Below are positions 29,428 to 32,000 of a stretch of DNA of 32,000 bases, in pieces. Position 1 is the first letter of the stretch, and each line of letters opens with the position of its first letter. The stretch covers positions 120,001-152,000 of the forward strand of contig OZ252021.1 of the NCBI GenBank assembly GCA_965247685.1, read 5' to 3'. Source of the stretch: Bdellovibrionales bacterium (lineage in GTDB: Bacteria > Bdellovibrionota > Bdellovibrionia > Bdellovibrionales > UBA1609). The translations under genes were made by a program, and so were the position numbers. Under the pieces are notes generated by a model. That model was not told where the DNA came from and searched no databases. It worked only from the letters and a program-made list of their open reading frames with translations.

Positions 29428-30135
29428 ATGACCACAGATCAAGAAAAAACTGTAAAAAAAATATTTTCTTCCATAGCAAAAAAATATGATTGGGCTAATA
29501 GTGTTTTTACTCTAGGACTAGATCAAAGATGGAGAAAAAAACTTGTTGATTTGAGTTCAATATCAAAAGACGCCCAAGTTCTAGACTGTGCTACAGGAAC
29601 AGGAGCTCTCGCCAAATCTTTTTTAGAACAGCTAGGACCTCATGGAAAAATTTTAGCCGTAGATTTTTGTGAAGAAATGCTCAAACAAGTTCCATTTCAA
29701 GATCCAAGATGTAGTTTTCGAAAAGAAAATGTTTTAAGCCTCTCTTTTGAAGATCAAACTTTTGATATAACGAGCATTGCCTACGGATTGAGGAATTTAT
29801 CTGACATGGAAAAAGGTATAAAAGAAATGGCTCGTGTCACTAAATCAGGCGGCTATCTTATGATTCTTGAAACAGGCCGACCTCAAAATCCTATACTAAG
29901 ACCTTTTGTAGATTTTTATTGTTGGTTTATTATGCCTATTTTAGGGTGGATGATTACTGGAAATTTTCAAGCTTACAAATATTTAAATAACTCATCTGCT
30001 GTTTTCCCTTCTGGAGAAGAAATGGTTCAAAAATTAAAAAGTACCGGTTGTTTTAAAAGTATTTCTTTCCATTCTCTAATAGGAGGAGTCAGTTTTATAT
30101 ATAAAGCTCAAGTCCATGACTCTCATACAAACTAA
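29428..30135 (+). CDS. ubiE: Demethylmenaquinone / ubiquinone C-methyltransferase
   Basis: YDWANSVFTLGLDQRWRK, SAM-binding site VLDCATGTG, AYGLRN, and a C-terminal GGVSFIYKA. Confidence 0.85.
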   Translation: MTTDQEKTVKKIFSSIAKKYDWANSVFTLGLDQRWRKKLVDLSSISKDAQVLDCATGTGALAKSFLEQLGPHGKILAVDFCEEMLKQVPFQDPRCSFRKENVLSLSFEDQTFDITSIAYGLRNLSDMEKGIKEMARVTKSGGYLMILETGRPQNPILRPFVDFYCWFIMPILGWMITGNFQAYKYLNNSSAVFPSGEEMVQKLKSTGCFKSISFHSLIGGVSFIYKAQVHDSHTN

Positions 30136-31136
30136 ACTCGATCGAGTCTTTGAGCTAAAATTTGATCTGCTAAAACAAGATATACCATAGCCTCTAAAAC
30201 AGGAAGTGCTCTTGGAATGACACAAGGATCATGTCTTCCTTCTTTAGCCACTTTCCCTAAAGAAGAAGGAGGTTTAAACGAAACATTGAGATCAATATTT
30301 TCTCCAGTGGAAATTCCTCCTCGAATTCCAGAATAATGAGAAGAACTTTTGTGAAAATCCTGACCAGATAAAGATTCATTCGCATTACCTAGAGAAATTT
30401 TATAAACAGTTCCAATACTCATTAAAGCTTGAGTTAAATCTGATTTTAATTTCTTAAAAATAGGCTGCCCGAGTCCTTTTGGCAGACCTTGAATTTGAAC
30501 GGCAGCTTTTCCGCCATAACTTTGACCCTCTTTTTTCGCTCTTATAAGCATATCTTTTATCTTCTCTGATTTTTCCTTATGAGGAAAATAAGCCGGATAA
30601 TTCTCTAAATGCTTATGTGTGAGTTTTTCTGTATCTATATCTCCTAATTGATGATTTCCTATTTGAGTCGCATATGAGAAAACTCTCAAATTCGGGTAAA
30701 GTTCTTTGACAAACATACAAGCAACAGCTCCACCCATAACTCGTGAAACAGTCTCTCTTGCTGAAGCTCTTCCTCCCCCTCGCACATCTGCATGCAAGAA
30801 TTTTTCTTTCCATAAGTCATCTGCATGACCTTTTCGAGGATTTTTTTTAATGGATTCATAATCTATACTTTTTTGATTTTGATTTTCCACAATCATTGCA
30901 ATAGGAGTCCCTAAAGTTATATTCTCAAATACACCACTAAGTACTTGAGGAGCATCACTTTCTTTTCGTGCTGTTTGCCATGGAAATCTTCCAGGTCTTC
31001 TTCGATTCAAATGTTCTTGCAGCAGATCTATAGAAAAAGGAACGCCTGACGGGCATCCATCCACAACAACTCCCATAGCTGCTCCGTGGCTTTCTCCAAA
31101 ACTTGTTATACGAAAATATTGGCCAAAAGTATTCAT
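30132..31136 (-). CDS. aroC: Chorismate synthase
   Basis: FRITSFGESHG, RRPGR, GGGRASARET, GRHDPCV. Its stop codon overlaps the ubiE stop (convergent genes). Confidence 0.9.
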   Translation of the reverse strand: MNTFGQYFRITSFGESHGAAMGVVVDGCPSGVPFSIDLLQEHLNRRRPGRFPWQTARKESDAPQVLSGVFENITLGTPIAMIVENQNQKSIDYESIKKNPRKGHADDLWKEKFLHADVRGGGRASARETVSRVMGGAVACMFVKELYPNLRVFSYATQIGNHQLGDIDTEKLTHKHLENYPAYFPHKEKSEKIKDMLIRAKKEGQSYGGKAAVQIQGLPKGLGQPIFKKLKSDLTQALMSIGTVYKISLGNANESLSGQDFHKSSSHYSGIRGGISTGENIDLNVSFKPPSSLGKVAKEGRHDPCVIPRALPVLEAMVYLVLADQILAQRLDRV

Positions 31137-31169
31137 GAAACTTCACTTACTTATAATAGATAATAGTTG

Positions 31170-32000
31170 TTAAGGACAATTGAAATATTTAAAAAGACTT
31201 CTTTGCCACTCTGCTTGGATTTTAAACCACATATGTCCCGAAATATATTCCGATTGAGTTCTTATTGCATATTCTCGGGCTGGAGAATCCTCTATATAAT
31301 TCAAATCAAGAATATAAGAAGGCTTCCAATCTGAGGGAGGATAAACGCAATGAGACATACGATTTCGACCTACAGCCCACACTAAAATATCAGGAGCTTC
31401 TTTGGATCCTTTTCTGATTTGACCGCTTCGGGCAGAGTAAAAAGAAAATTTGAAACTATTTTTTTGAAAATCAAAATCTTTATCAAGATATTTTAAAAGT
31501 TTTTCTTCTGTGAAAGTTTTTTCCAAAACATTCAGAACTCCTCCTCCTCCCCACACCGCTACGGATAAACTTTTCTTCTTGTGTTTGCTTATATTCTCGA
31601 TCCACATTCTTAAAAACAATGCTCCATAAACATCTGTATTAAAGCCTTTCCATTTTCCTTTGATCAAAATGATCGTATTCAAAGATTTCCAGTCTAAATC
31701 ACTCAGACAGAGTTTAAGATTTGAGAAACTATGAGTAGTGACTTGTGGATTTGTATCCCTCTCTTGAGAATTGAACTCTTTAAAGAGTTGATAAAAACTC
31801 TTTTTTAATGGAGATGTAATAGCTGCAAATTTCATACCCAAATTTTCTAAAATTTTTAAATTCAAAGAGTTCGCTTCTTTTTCCTTCATCAAAATTTTCA
31901 ATGTAAGAAGTTGCTTATCTTTAAAAAATAAAAATTGTTCAGAAGGAGTGATAGAGTGCTCAATAGGATTCCCTAACACACAAGCAAAACCTTTTGGTGA
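31170..32000 (-). CDS. aroE: Shikimate dehydrogenase, probably running off the right window edge
   Basis: GNPIEHSITP, TSPLKK, NTDVYG and WGGGGV motifs. The frame stays open to base 32000 (SPKGFACVLGNPIEHS). The ORF-track start at 31979 is GTG. Confidence 0.78.
   Translation of the reverse strand, partial: SPKGFACVLGNPIEHSITPSEQFLFFKDKQLLTLKILMKEKEANSLNLKILENLGMKFAAITSPLKKSFYQLFKEFNSQERDTNPQVTTHSFSNLKLCLSDLDWKSLNTIILIKGKWKGFNTDVYGALFLRMWIENISKHKKKSLSVAVWGGGGVLNVLEKTFTEEKLLKYLDKDFDFQKNSFKFSFYSARSGQIRKGSKEAPDILVWAVGRNRMSHCVYPPSDWKPSYILDLNYIEDSPAREYAIRTQSEYISGHMWFKIQAEWQRSLFKYFNCP

Overview
AT-rich bacterial chromosome segment, roughly one-third GC by eye. I cannot assign a taxon from memory.

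The left ~14.5 kb looks accessory:
- A head-to-tail, minus-strand array of ankyrin-repeat paralogs: one cut by the left window edge, two intact (860 and 777 aa), and one decayed 5' relic at ~10.1 kb.
- The paralogs are separated by a ~0.3 kb repeated spacer. Two spacer copies carry a 59-nt piece of the 23S rRNA gene.
- A 1297-aa orphan protein that is probably secreted.
- A tandem ~1.6 kb duplication carrying two signal-peptide proteins built from 4-5 copies of a ~55-aa Trp/Pro-rich module. Each is preceded by an identical long leader with a strongly Shine-Dalgarno-primed 23-codon uORF.
- A minimal TVGYG K+ channel and a TerB-like protein.

The right ~17 kb is core genome:
- A 23S-5S rRNA unit with no 16S and no tRNA, lying directly downstream of gap-pgk.
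- tmk-holB-tatD, corA and fumC.
- A shikimate/menaquinone cluster: menF-menD, aroF-ubiE, aroC-aroE.

I saw no transposase, integrase, CRISPR array or tRNA. The most interesting signals are the duplicating secreted-protein families and the rRNA-derived fragment embedded in their repeat unit. All functional readings of the orphan proteins are inference from motifs seen by eye. Hand-derived coordinates may be off by 1-2 nt.
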